Below, one piece after another: positions 38,488 to 47,727 of a stretch of 60,269 nucleotides of DNA. The notes under the pieces were generated by a model. That model did not search any database. It was not told where the DNA came from and worked only from the letters and a program-made list of their open reading frames with translations. The position numbers and the translations under genes were made by a program. Each line of letters begins with the position of its first letter. Within the stretch, counting starts at the first letter, position 1. Source of the DNA: Candidatus Jordarchaeia archaeon (lineage in GTDB: Archaea; Asgardarchaeota; Jordiarchaeia; Jordiarchaeales; Jordiarchaeaceae); contig JAHQXB010000123.1 of the NCBI GenBank assembly GCA_029856435.1, forward strand, positions 1 through 60,269, read 5' to 3'.

Positions 38488-40700
38488 CAATAGTTGAAGG
38501 AGTGCAGGTGGATTTAAAGCCCGAGGAGCTAAGCCAAGCCGTAAAAATGTTGGGGAAAAAACCCAACGCTTTAGAAGTGGGTATGATAGATGTTATGTGG
38601 TCCGAGCACTGTTCCTACAAATCTTCAAGGCCAATTTTAAAGTTACTGCCCTGGAGTGGACCGAGGGTTGTGTGTGGACCGGGAAACGATGCGGGCGCCG
38701 TTGACATTGGAAATGGCTATGTTGCTGTTTTCAAAATTGAATCACACAATCACCCGTCAGCAATTGAGCCCTACAATGGGGCGGCGACTGGAATTGGAGG
38801 AATAATTCGGGACATCTTATGTATGGGCGCGCGTCCCATAGCGCTCCTTGATCCTCTACGTTTCGGCTCTATTAGGAGCCCTCGTTCACGTTGGCTCTTT
38901 AAGTATGTGGTGAAGGGCATTGCTGATTATGGAAATTGCGTGGGCATTCCAACAGTAGGGGGAGAAGTAGAATTCGATGAGAGCTTTGAATCAAACTGCC
39001 TGGTAAACGTGGCTTGCGTGGGCATAGCAAAAAGGAACGAAATAGTGTTAGCCGAAGCCAAGTATCCAGGTGATGTGGCGATTCTGGCGGGAGGCTCAAC
39101 TGGGAGAGACGGTATTCATGGTGTCACATTCGCCTCCCGAACTCTAACCGAAGAATCGGAAGAAGACCGACCTGCGGTTCAAGTAGGAGACCCATTCACA
39201 AAAAAGCTTATCATTGATGCTACACTCGAGATTTTGAAAACAGGTTTTGTGCATGGTTTGAAGGATCTGGGTGGTGGAGGTTTAACCTGCGCTTCTTCAG
39301 AGATGGCTAACAAGGGAGGCAGGGGTATTGACATTGAGCTCTCAAAAGTTCATCTCAGAGAAAAGGGTCTTTCGCCATTCGAAATAATGCTGTCTGAGTC
39401 GCAGGAACGTATGCTTTTCATTGTAGATCCAAAGGGTGTAGAAACTGTAACTGGAATACTTGACAAGTACGGTCTGTCTTGGAGTATTCCGGGCAAGGTC
39501 ACCGACTCCAAAAATGTACGGGTTTTTCTGAATGGTTCATTGGTGGCTGAGGTACCAGCAAAGCTTTTGGCGGAATCTCCCATAATAGAGAGAAAAGCGG
39601 AGAAGCCCTCCTACATTGATGAGCTGAAGAAGGTTGAAAGGCCCCCGATGCCCAACGATTTGTCAGAGGTACTGGTTCATCTAATGGCTTCGGAAAACAT
39701 TGCAAGCAAGGAATGGGTCTATAGACAATATGATCACGAGGTAGGTGTAAGAAGCGTAGTGAAGTGTGGAGAGGCGGATGCGGCGGTGCTTAGAATACTT
39801 GGTGAGGATAAAGGCATTGCGGTCTCAAGTGATTGCAACTCTAAACACTGTTACCTTGACCCATTTAATGGTGGAGCGGGTGCTGTCGCTGAAGCCTGCA
39901 GAAATGTTGCCTGTGTGGGAGCTGTTCCCCTAGCCATTGTGGACTGTTTGAATTTTGGCAATCCCGAAAAGGCCGATGTTTTCTGGCAGTTCAAAGAAAC
40001 GGTGCGTGGAATGTCCGAAATGTGTAAGGTTATGCAGACGCCCTGTGTGGGTGGTAACGTGAGTTTTTATAATGAGGATGAGGTTACCAAAAAGGCGGTG
40101 AAACCTTCTCCAGTGGTGGTAGCTCTTGGTGTTTTGAAATCGCTTAAAAATGTGGTAACATTAACATTCAAAAATGTCGGCGATTGTATTGTTTTACTTG
40201 GAAAAACATTTCCCGAAATGGGTGGCTCAGAATACTACTATACTATCCATCAAATTGAGGGAGGAATCGCTCCCAAAGTGGATATGAAGACAGAGAAAAG
40301 AACCATTGACTTTCTACTGTTAGCTATGAAGAAAGGCTATATTAATGCAGCTCACGACTGCTCAAAGGGTGGTCTCGGTGTGGCTCTATCCCTGATGAGT
40401 GTTAAAAGCAATCTTGGGCTGGAAGCTGAACTCCGAGAAACTAATACCGAGAACCTGAGATTTGATGAGCTTCTGTTTTCCGAAAGCCATTCCCGATTCA
40501 TTGTTACCACAAAAAAATCTAATCTTGACAACCTTTTGGAACTCGCCCAAAGTCGAGGCGTTTTTGCATGTCATTTAGGAACTGTTATTAGTTCACCTCG
40601 AATCGTATTTCGCTATGAAGATAATGAAATTGTGAAATGTGATTTAATGGAGATAAAGCAGGCTTGGGAGAGTACAATACCCTCATATATGAGGCTTTAA
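38484..40700 (+). CDS. purL: FGAM synthase subunit PurL
   Basis: MWSEHCSYKSS, ESHNHPS, GGIIRDI, DLGGGG, SESQERM, GGNVSFYNE, FSESHSR. Confidence 0.97.
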   Translation: MTIVEGVQVDLKPEELSQAVKMLGKKPNALEVGMIDVMWSEHCSYKSSRPILKLLPWSGPRVVCGPGNDAGAVDIGNGYVAVFKIESHNHPSAIEPYNGAATGIGGIIRDILCMGARPIALLDPLRFGSIRSPRSRWLFKYVVKGIADYGNCVGIPTVGGEVEFDESFESNCLVNVACVGIAKRNEIVLAEAKYPGDVAILAGGSTGRDGIHGVTFASRTLTEESEEDRPAVQVGDPFTKKLIIDATLEILKTGFVHGLKDLGGGGLTCASSEMANKGGRGIDIELSKVHLREKGLSPFEIMLSESQERMLFIVDPKGVETVTGILDKYGLSWSIPGKVTDSKNVRVFLNGSLVAEVPAKLLAESPIIERKAEKPSYIDELKKVERPPMPNDLSEVLVHLMASENIASKEWVYRQYDHEVGVRSVVKCGEADAAVLRILGEDKGIAVSSDCNSKHCYLDPFNGGAGAVAEACRNVACVGAVPLAIVDCLNFGNPEKADVFWQFKETVRGMSEMCKVMQTPCVGGNVSFYNEDEVTKKAVKPSPVVVALGVLKSLKNVVTLTFKNVGDCIVLLGKTFPEMGGSEYYYTIHQIEGGIAPKVDMKTEKRTIDFLLLAMKKGYINAAHDCSKGGLGVALSLMSVKSNLGLEAELRETNTENLRFDELLFSESHSRFIVTTKKSNLDNLLELAQSRGVFACHLGTVISSPRIVFRYEDNEIVKCDLMEIKQAWESTIPSYMRL

Positions 40701-40702
40701 AT

Positions 40703-42148
40703 ATGTCCGAAAAATACTGTTTAGGCAAACCCCGCGAGCACTGCGGAGTAATAGGCGTTTATTCCCCAGACAAATCCATTCAAGTTTCAAGATACGCTTT
40801 TGACGGCTTAATTGCACTGCAACACCGGGGACAGGAATCCGCAGGAATATATGTACAGAATGGTAAAGGAATTACCGGCCACAAAGATATGGGTCTCGCC
40901 AGCACAGTCTTTACAAAAAAAATACTGTCCACACTTTATGGAAATAAAGCCATAGCCCACGTCAGGTACAGCACCACCTCAGACAGCAACATTGAAAATG
41001 CTCAGCCCAAAAAGTTCGTCTCCACCTTGGGATCATATGCCATCGCTTTTAATGGTACCATAACTAACTTTCTCAAACTGAGATCCATGTTGGAGGAGAA
41101 AGGACATGTTTTCCACACGGATTCAGACACCGAGACCATAGCCCACGTACTGGCAGCAAATCTGCTTGAGACAGATGATTACACACAAGCCATATTTAAA
41201 AGTATGAACGAGTTGAAGGGCTCCTATTCTATGGTTATTCTAAACGAGAAGGGCGATCTATATGCGGTGCGCGACCCACTAGGATTTAAACCACTGTGCA
41301 TAGGGCAGATCAACAACATTTTTATGGTGGCATCCGAAACTGCTGCCATCGAATCTCTAAACGGTACAGTTTTAGGAGACGTAGCGCCAGGGGAGGTGAT
41401 TCGAATTACCGATAGCGGGCCCGTAAAAGAAGGTGCCATTAAAGCCGAAAGGCACGCCCGCTGCATGTTCGAATTTGTTTACTTTTCAAGAACAGACTCC
41501 CGATTTGATGGAATCTCAATCTATAGGGTTCGAGAAAGATTAGGGAAAATATTAGCTCAAATACACCCCGTAGACGCAGACATCATCGTACCTGTTCCCG
41601 ATTCGGGTAGAACCGCTGCGGCGGGACTGGCGGCTGAGTCCGGCATACCTATGGTTGAGGGACTCATCAAAAACCGTTACGTTTGGCGAACCTTCATAAT
41701 GCCCGTACAGGCAGAAAGAGAAGACCAGGTTAAGTTGAAACTTAACCCCGTGAGAGAACTTATAAGCGGAAAGGACGTTGTACTCGTTGATGACTCCATA
41801 GTTCGCGCAACCACAATGAAGAGAATAGTGTGCCTTATACGAAACGCGGGAGCCAATAAAGTTCACGTCAGAGTTAGCTGCCCTCCCATCATAGCTCCCT
41901 GCTATATGGGAATAGACTTCCCCACCAGCCGTGAACTCATTGCTGCAAACCAAACAATAGAAGAAATCCGAAAATTCATTGGCGCGGACTCACTCGGATA
42001 CATGACGATTGATGGGTTAATGCAAGGCATAGGGCTGCCTGAAAACGAGCTCTGCCTTGCCTGCCTAAACAAAAAATATCCCATCGAAACCCTAGACACC
42101 GACTTCCTTGAGAGGCAACTCGGAGGACAAAAAAGAGTTGAAAATTAA
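40703..42148 (+). CDS. purF: Amidophosphoribosyltransferase, canonical copy
   Basis: Propeptide + CGVIG, QHRGQESAG, HVRYST, CMFEFVY, RTFIMP, DDSIVRATT, PCYMGID, CLAC. Confidence 0.93.
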   Translation: MSEKYCLGKPREHCGVIGVYSPDKSIQVSRYAFDGLIALQHRGQESAGIYVQNGKGITGHKDMGLASTVFTKKILSTLYGNKAIAHVRYSTTSDSNIENAQPKKFVSTLGSYAIAFNGTITNFLKLRSMLEEKGHVFHTDSDTETIAHVLAANLLETDDYTQAIFKSMNELKGSYSMVILNEKGDLYAVRDPLGFKPLCIGQINNIFMVASETAAIESLNGTVLGDVAPGEVIRITDSGPVKEGAIKAERHARCMFEFVYFSRTDSRFDGISIYRVRERLGKILAQIHPVDADIIVPVPDSGRTAAAGLAAESGIPMVEGLIKNRYVWRTFIMPVQAEREDQVKLKLNPVRELISGKDVVLVDDSIVRATTMKRIVCLIRNAGANKVHVRVSCPPIIAPCYMGIDFPTSRELIAANQTIEEIRKFIGADSLGYMTIDGLMQGIGLPENELCLACLNKKYPIETLDTDFLERQLGGQKRVEN

Positions 42149-43481
42149 AGAGAAATGTGGAGTATTTGGAATCTATGCCTTTGATCAGAAATGGAATGTT
42201 TCCAGATTCGTGTACTACGGGCTAATAGCATCACAAAACAGAGGACAGGAAACCTGTGGAATAGCCACCTACAACGGGAACGAAATCAAATGCATCAAAG
42301 GTAGAGGAATGGTGGAAGAATTCTTCACAGCAGAAAAACTAGAAAAAACACCGGGCTGGATAGGAATAGGAAATGTTTGCCCATTCAGCCCAGAATCCAC
42401 AAACAACATACAACCAGTAAGCGACAACAAAACCCAACTAGTCTTCAGCTACAATGGAAAAATACTAAACTTCAAAGAAATATCCCCCAACTCCAACACC
42501 GGACCAGACGAAGACCCAAACGTCGCCGCAAAACTACTATCCCAAGAACTAGAAAAAAGCGACCCCTTACAAGCCACCGAAACCGTTATGGAGAAATTCA
42601 AAGGAGCCTACTCATTCGTAGCCATCACAAAAAACGGCGAAATGATAGTGGCACGAGACCCTATGGGCATAAAACCCCTATGTATAGGAAGCTTCGGCTT
42701 CGACCACGGAGCCGTCGCCTCAGAAAGCGCCACCCTAGACATAATAGGCGCAGACTACAAAGCACCAATAAAACCCGGAGAAATCTACGTATTCACCCCA
42801 TACAGCATAGAGAGAAAACAAGCCTTCAAACCCCAACCCAAATACTGCGCCTTCGAATACGTCTACTTTGCACGCCCAGACTCCATAATAAACGACAAAT
42901 CCGTCTACGAAGCCCGAATGAAAATCGGAGAACACCTCGCCAAAGAATTCCCCGTAGAAGCCGACGCGGTAATAGGCGTACCCGAAACCGCCATACCATT
43001 CGCTATGGCCTACTCAAACTACACCGGCACACCCATAGAAATGGGATTTGTAAGAACCGGCCGCGCAGTGCGAACCGCAATAAAACCCACACAGTTCGAA
43101 CGACTTGTAGGAGTGCAACTCAAACTAAACCCCATACGCAGCGCCATCCGAGGAAAAAAAGTAGTCCTAATCGACGACAGCGTAGTAAGAGGAACCACAA
43201 CCAGAAACATCGTCAACCTTATGCGCAACCGCATAGGAGCCAAAGAAGTCCACGTAAGAATAGGCAGCCCCCGCCTAATCTCACCCTGCCCATTCGGTGT
43301 CGAAGTTCCAGAAAAAGACGAACTCATAGCAGCCAACCTAACACCCGAAGAAGTAAGCAAAGTAGTAGGCGCAGACACCTTCGCCTGGCTATCCCTCAAA
43401 GGCGTAATCGACTCAATAGGATTCCCCAAAGAAAAACTCTGCCTAGGATGCTTCACAGGAAAATATCCCATAGAAGAATAA
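42138..43481 (+). CDS. purF: Amidophosphoribosyltransferase paralog with degenerate glutamine site
   Basis: CGVFG, QNRGQETCG, GNVCPF in place of HVRY, CAFEYVY, DDSVVRGTT, CLGC; TTG start after GGAGG. Confidence 0.88.
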   Translation: MKIKEKCGVFGIYAFDQKWNVSRFVYYGLIASQNRGQETCGIATYNGNEIKCIKGRGMVEEFFTAEKLEKTPGWIGIGNVCPFSPESTNNIQPVSDNKTQLVFSYNGKILNFKEISPNSNTGPDEDPNVAAKLLSQELEKSDPLQATETVMEKFKGAYSFVAITKNGEMIVARDPMGIKPLCIGSFGFDHGAVASESATLDIIGADYKAPIKPGEIYVFTPYSIERKQAFKPQPKYCAFEYVYFARPDSIINDKSVYEARMKIGEHLAKEFPVEADAVIGVPETAIPFAMAYSNYTGTPIEMGFVRTGRAVRTAIKPTQFERLVGVQLKLNPIRSAIRGKKVVLIDDSVVRGTTTRNIVNLMRNRIGAKEVHVRIGSPRLISPCPFGVEVPEKDELIAANLTPEEVSKVVGADTFAWLSLKGVIDSIGFPKEKLCLGCFTGKYPIEE

Positions 43482-43500
43482 AACATAGGAGAATAAAAAA

Positions 43501-44979
43501 ATGGTAAAAATTCTGCTCGTAGGAAACGGAGCAAGAGAACACGCCATAGCCGACACACTAGCCAGAAGCACGCACCAACCGAAAATATACGCAGCGGCCG
43601 GTGAACGAAACCCCGGCATACTGAGAATATGCCAAAAAACTGGGGGAGAAATCATACTGGGAAAACCCACCGATCCCAAATTTGTAGCCCAAACCGCACA
43701 AAAATACTCCGTAGACTTCGTCTTCATAGGGCCCGAAGAACCACAATTCATGGGCGTAGCAGACGAGGTAGAAAATATGGGAATCCCCTGCATAGGAGCA
43801 AAAAAAGCCCCCTCAGAAATAGAAATGTCAAAAGCCTTTATGCGGAGACTCATGTGGAAATACAAAATCCCCGGAAGACTAAGATTCATGGCCTTTAAAA
43901 ACGTCGAAGACGCTATAGCCTACATAAACGAGTATGCAGAAAGCATAGCGCTAAAACCAGCAAGACAAGCAGGAGGAAAAGGAGTAAAAGTCATCGCAGA
44001 CCTCCAAGCATACCTCCAACAAGAAAAAGCGGAAGTAAAGAGAAAACACGCCCACGACATCTACGAAAAACACATGCAACCCTACACAGACATCGAAGAC
44101 AGAATACTAATAGAACAAAAAGTAGAAGGACCAGAATACACACTACAATGCTTCACAGACGGAAAAACCATAAAACCCCTACCACTAGTACAAGACAACA
44201 AAAACGCATACAATATGGATATTGGGCCCGAAACTGGTGGTATGGGTAGTATTGGTGGTCCGGGGTTGACTTTGCCCTTCATTAATGAGGAGGAGTATAA
44301 GCAGTCTGTTTCTATTGTGGAGAATGTTGTGAGGGCTATTGATAAGGAGTTGGGTGAGCCTTATCGTGGTGTTATTGCGGGTCAGATGATGTTGACTGCT
44401 CTGTGGGGTCCTACTATTATCGAGTTTTATTCACGGTTCGGTGATCCCGAGGCAGTGAATGTTCTTCCCATCCTTGAATCGGACTTGGTGGATGTTTCAG
44501 AGGCCATAATAAGTGGTAAACTTGGTAAAATTAATTTGAAGTTTAGAGATACAGCTACTGTTGTGAAGTGTATTGCTCCTAGAGGGTATCCTGATAGGAG
44601 GGATTTAGCTAGAGGTCATCCTTTGTATGTTGATGAGGCGGCTATTGAGAAGAGGGGTTGCAGGGTTTTCTATGGTTCTGTTGGCTTACAGGATGGTGAG
44701 ATGATTACTGGTGGGGCGCGCGCCGTGGAAATTTTGGCTGAGGCGGAATCTATTCCAGAGGCTTCAGAAATTGCGGAGAGCTGCATAGATTTTGTTAAAC
44801 TTAAGGATGACTGGAAACTATTCCATAGATCTGATATCGGCGGCGAGACGCTTTTAGAGAAGAGGATTGAGTTGGCTCAATTGATTAGGGAGATATATAA
44901 CTATCGCAGAGAAAAGGATCTTGTTGGGAGACAGGTGGACTGGATTCCGCTCAGGGGACGAATAGAGTACCAAGCCTAG
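43501..44979 (+). CDS. purD: Phosphoribosylamine-glycine ligase
   Basis: GNGAREHA, GPEEP, GGKGV, GPETGGMGS, EFYSRFGDPE. Confidence 0.95.
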   Translation: MVKILLVGNGAREHAIADTLARSTHQPKIYAAAGERNPGILRICQKTGGEIILGKPTDPKFVAQTAQKYSVDFVFIGPEEPQFMGVADEVENMGIPCIGAKKAPSEIEMSKAFMRRLMWKYKIPGRLRFMAFKNVEDAIAYINEYAESIALKPARQAGGKGVKVIADLQAYLQQEKAEVKRKHAHDIYEKHMQPYTDIEDRILIEQKVEGPEYTLQCFTDGKTIKPLPLVQDNKNAYNMDIGPETGGMGSIGGPGLTLPFINEEEYKQSVSIVENVVRAIDKELGEPYRGVIAGQMMLTALWGPTIIEFYSRFGDPEAVNVLPILESDLVDVSEAIISGKLGKINLKFRDTATVVKCIAPRGYPDRRDLARGHPLYVDEAAIEKRGCRVFYGSVGLQDGEMITGGARAVEILAEAESIPEASEIAESCIDFVKLKDDWKLFHRSDIGGETLLEKRIELAQLIREIYNYRREKDLVGRQVDWIPLRGRIEYQA

Positions 44980-45107
44980 CTACCTCTTTTTTAAACTATA
45001 CTGCTTTAGCTTCGCAAAGACTTTTTAGTTTAGGATGCTCTAAATGGATGTAGTTAGTAATTGGATTGTTTTTGTCATGGAATAATAGTGTAAAGTGGTG
45101 TAAAGCT

Positions 45108-45512
45108 ATGACTGAGAAGGAACCTTTGGTGTCAATTGTTATGGGCAGTGAATCTGATAGGGAGATAGCTTTAAAGGCTGTTGAGGTTTTGGACAGCAAT
45201 AATGTTCCTTATGAGGTTAGGGTGCTTTCCGCTCATAGAGATCCCAAAGAACTGGAGAAGTATATTACTGAGACGAAGTCTTTAGTGTTTATTGCGGTTG
45301 CCGGTTTGGCCGCTCACCTGCCCGGATTTATTGCTTCGAGGACGGAGAAGCCAGTTATCGGTGTGCCTGTTAGTTCCAAGCTGGGGGGTTTGGATGCCCT
45401 TCTTTCCATTGTTCAAATGCCTTCCGGTGTTCCTGTGGCTTGTGTGGGTATTGATAATGCGCGGAACGCTGCCTTTTTAGCGTTGAGGATACTTAAACTC
45501 TTGGGGCGATGA
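45108..45512 (+). CDS. purE: AIR carboxylase / N5-CAIR mutase
   Basis: [44 protein letters not shown]. Confidence 0.95.
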   Translation: MTEKEPLVSIVMGSESDREIALKAVEVLDSNNVPYEVRVLSAHRDPKELEKYITETKSLVFIAVAGLAAHLPGFIASRTEKPVIGVPVSSKLGGLDALLSIVQMPSGVPVACVGIDNARNAAFLALRILKLLGR

Positions 45513-45540
45513 GTGTGTTTAGATGGAGGATCCGTGAAGG

Positions 45541-46908
45541 TTGAATTTTCAAGTGGTTATAGTGGGTGCTGGGCCGGCTGGGTTAGCGGCTGCCTACGAA
45601 CTTTCAAAAAGGAATGTCAGAGACATCTTGGTTATTGATCAAGGTAAAGCTGCCTCCAAAAGGCAGTGTCCCATGTCTAAGAATTATAATAATTGTGCTC
45701 GCTGTGATCCTTGTAGTATAATGTGTGGGATTGGTGGGGCGGGTACCTATTCCAGCGGGCTTTTAAACCTGAATCCGTATATTGGTGGTGATTTGACTGA
45801 ATTTACTAGTGATGAGAGGGAAGCGTGGGAGCTAGTTAACACGGTGGATCAGATGTTTCTGGAGAATGGTGCCCCTAATATTTTGTTTAAGCCAGATAGA
45901 GAGAGAGTGGAGGAGCTTGAGAGGAAGGCGTCCTCTGCGGATGTCAGGTTTATTCCCATAGATCAGAGGCTTATTGGTACAGACAATGCTTGTGCGGTGA
46001 TTGAGAGGATTCACTCTCGATTAGAAGGTTGGGGTGTGAAGTTTCTTCTCGAAACGAAGGTTGCCGAAGTAAAAGAGGGAGAATTATTACTGGAGGGGGG
46101 CGAGAAGGTGGGGTTCGAGTATTGTATTCTTGCTCCCGGAAGGTCGGGGATGAAGTGGTTGGAGGGACAGATGAGTAGGTTGGGTATCCAAACCCAGTAT
46201 TTGCCTGTAGATATAGGGGTAAGGGTGGAGGTGCCGGCGAGCATAATGGAGCCAGTTTGTAGTATAGAACATGACCCCAAGTTTCATATTCGCACCTCAA
46301 CGTTTGATGATTTTGTGAGAACCTTTTGTGTGAACCATAAGGGATTTGTGGTTATGGAAGTTTATGATGATCATGTGGGTGTCAATGGATACTCATTCAC
46401 TAATAAAGCGTCTGATAATACTAATTTTGCTTTGCTGGTGAGGGTGGGGCTTACTGAGCCTTTAGAAGATACAACGGCTTATGGTAGATCAATTGCTACG
46501 CAGATAACCATTCTGGGGGGTGGGAGACCTCTGCTTCAGCGTTTGGGAGACCTCAGAAGGGGAAGGAGATCCTATTGGTCTAGGATAGAGAGGGGAGCAG
46601 TTAAACCGACCCTGATGTCTGTAACTCCGGGGGATGTTTCAATTGGGATTCCCTACCGGCTTTTAACAGATATTCTTGAGGGTTTAGAGAAGCTGGACAG
46701 GGTTATTCCGGGAATTGCGGGTGATTCAACTTTGTTTTATGCTCCAGAAATTAAATACTCTGCAAAAAAGGTTCTCACCAATAAAAGCTTGGAAACAAGG
46801 ATACCTAACTTGTTTGTTGCGGGGGACGGCGCTGGGGTTTCGAGAGGTATAGTGACAGCAGCGGCTACCGGGATAGTGGCTGCAAGAGGTATTCTCAAAA
46901 AGATGTAG
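45541..46908 (+). CDS. FAD-dependent oxidoreductase (COG2509-like)
   Basis: GAGPAG, Cys cluster CPM...CARCDPC, GGAGTYSSG, RTFCVNHKG, AGDGAGVSRG. Confidence 0.85.
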   Translation: MNFQVVIVGAGPAGLAAAYELSKRNVRDILVIDQGKAASKRQCPMSKNYNNCARCDPCSIMCGIGGAGTYSSGLLNLNPYIGGDLTEFTSDEREAWELVNTVDQMFLENGAPNILFKPDRERVEELERKASSADVRFIPIDQRLIGTDNACAVIERIHSRLEGWGVKFLLETKVAEVKEGELLLEGGEKVGFEYCILAPGRSGMKWLEGQMSRLGIQTQYLPVDIGVRVEVPASIMEPVCSIEHDPKFHIRTSTFDDFVRTFCVNHKGFVVMEVYDDHVGVNGYSFTNKASDNTNFALLVRVGLTEPLEDTTAYGRSIATQITILGGGRPLLQRLGDLRRGRRSYWSRIERGAVKPTLMSVTPGDVSIGIPYRLLTDILEGLEKLDRVIPGIAGDSTLFYAPEIKYSAKKVLTNKSLETRIPNLFVAGDGAGVSRGIVTAAATGIVAARGILKKM

Positions 46909-47172
46909 GTTTCCCAATTTTCTCCTCTAGACTAATTGAAAAACTTTTGGTTTTTATATTTAGTGGGTGCGAGAAGGTTTCTGGCTTTTGTGGTGCTTGA
47001 TAAAATGTTTGGTTTGCTTGTTTGAGGTTGGTGGTTTGCCGGGGGAAATATGGTTGTGTTTGGTTGCTTTTTTGGGAATGCAATAATTCTATATACTCTG
47101 AAGGTAGATATTATGAAGGAGAGATATATACTGGTTTGCTTGTAGTGTTTAATTAAGGGAGGTATGTTTTGA

Positions 47173-47727
47173 GTGAGCTTTAAGGATTCTGGGTGGTCGG
47201 ATTTGGAAATTCTGCAAAATATCTCAGAATGCTTTAAGCTTTTGAAGAAGGGTTTGGAAAATTTGAAAAACAAAGAATTTGAAAACGCTTTATCTGTTTT
47301 GTCGGACGCCTCCACTCTTATGTATATAAGTCTTAGTCGAACTGTTACCCGTAATTTATCCTATAGGCATGCTTATGGTATTATTGTACAATTCAATATT
47401 TTAGTGGTTTCTCTTGCTATAAGTTTTCTTGTGCGTGCCAGTCAAGTTAAAGAGGAAGCAAGGGAGAGTTTGGGGGGAGCCACATCTCTTATAGCTTTAA
47501 TCACGGCGTTTCTGAACCCATTGTTGAGAAGCATTATAGAGCAAGAATCAAAGCCTGGCGGCTACAAGTTAACGGAAAAAGATAGATATCTTTTAGAAGA
47601 GATGATGGAGCTGAATGAAGTTATCCGAGATTTCAAAAAACAGTTTGAGGAGGAGAGAAAAGAGGTTTTGGAAGAAAAGCCAAAAAAGGTAACTGCAAAG
47701 ACTAAAAAAACGCGGGCCAAGAGGTAA
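47173..47727 (+). CDS. Hypothetical helical protein
   Basis: 184-aa ORF after a GGAGG RBS; hydrophobic core helices and basic tail. Confidence 0.7.
   Translation: MSFKDSGWSDLEILQNISECFKLLKKGLENLKNKEFENALSVLSDASTLMYISLSRTVTRNLSYRHAYGIIVQFNILVVSLAISFLVRASQVKEEARESLGGATSLIALITAFLNPLLRSIIEQESKPGGYKLTEKDRYLLEEMMELNEVIRDFKKQFEEERKEVLEEKPKKVTAKTKKTRAKR

Noticed and set aside
42377-43507. 376-aa off-frame ORF rich in Arg, Lys, Pro and Thr inside the second purF
   Set aside because: By-product of the extreme A/C third-position bias, which removes stops from the shifted frame. The purF frame carries all the family motifs.
46932-47315. 127-aa minus-strand ORF
   Set aside because: Overlaps a better-supported plus-strand gene and reflects the G/T-rich skewed spacer.
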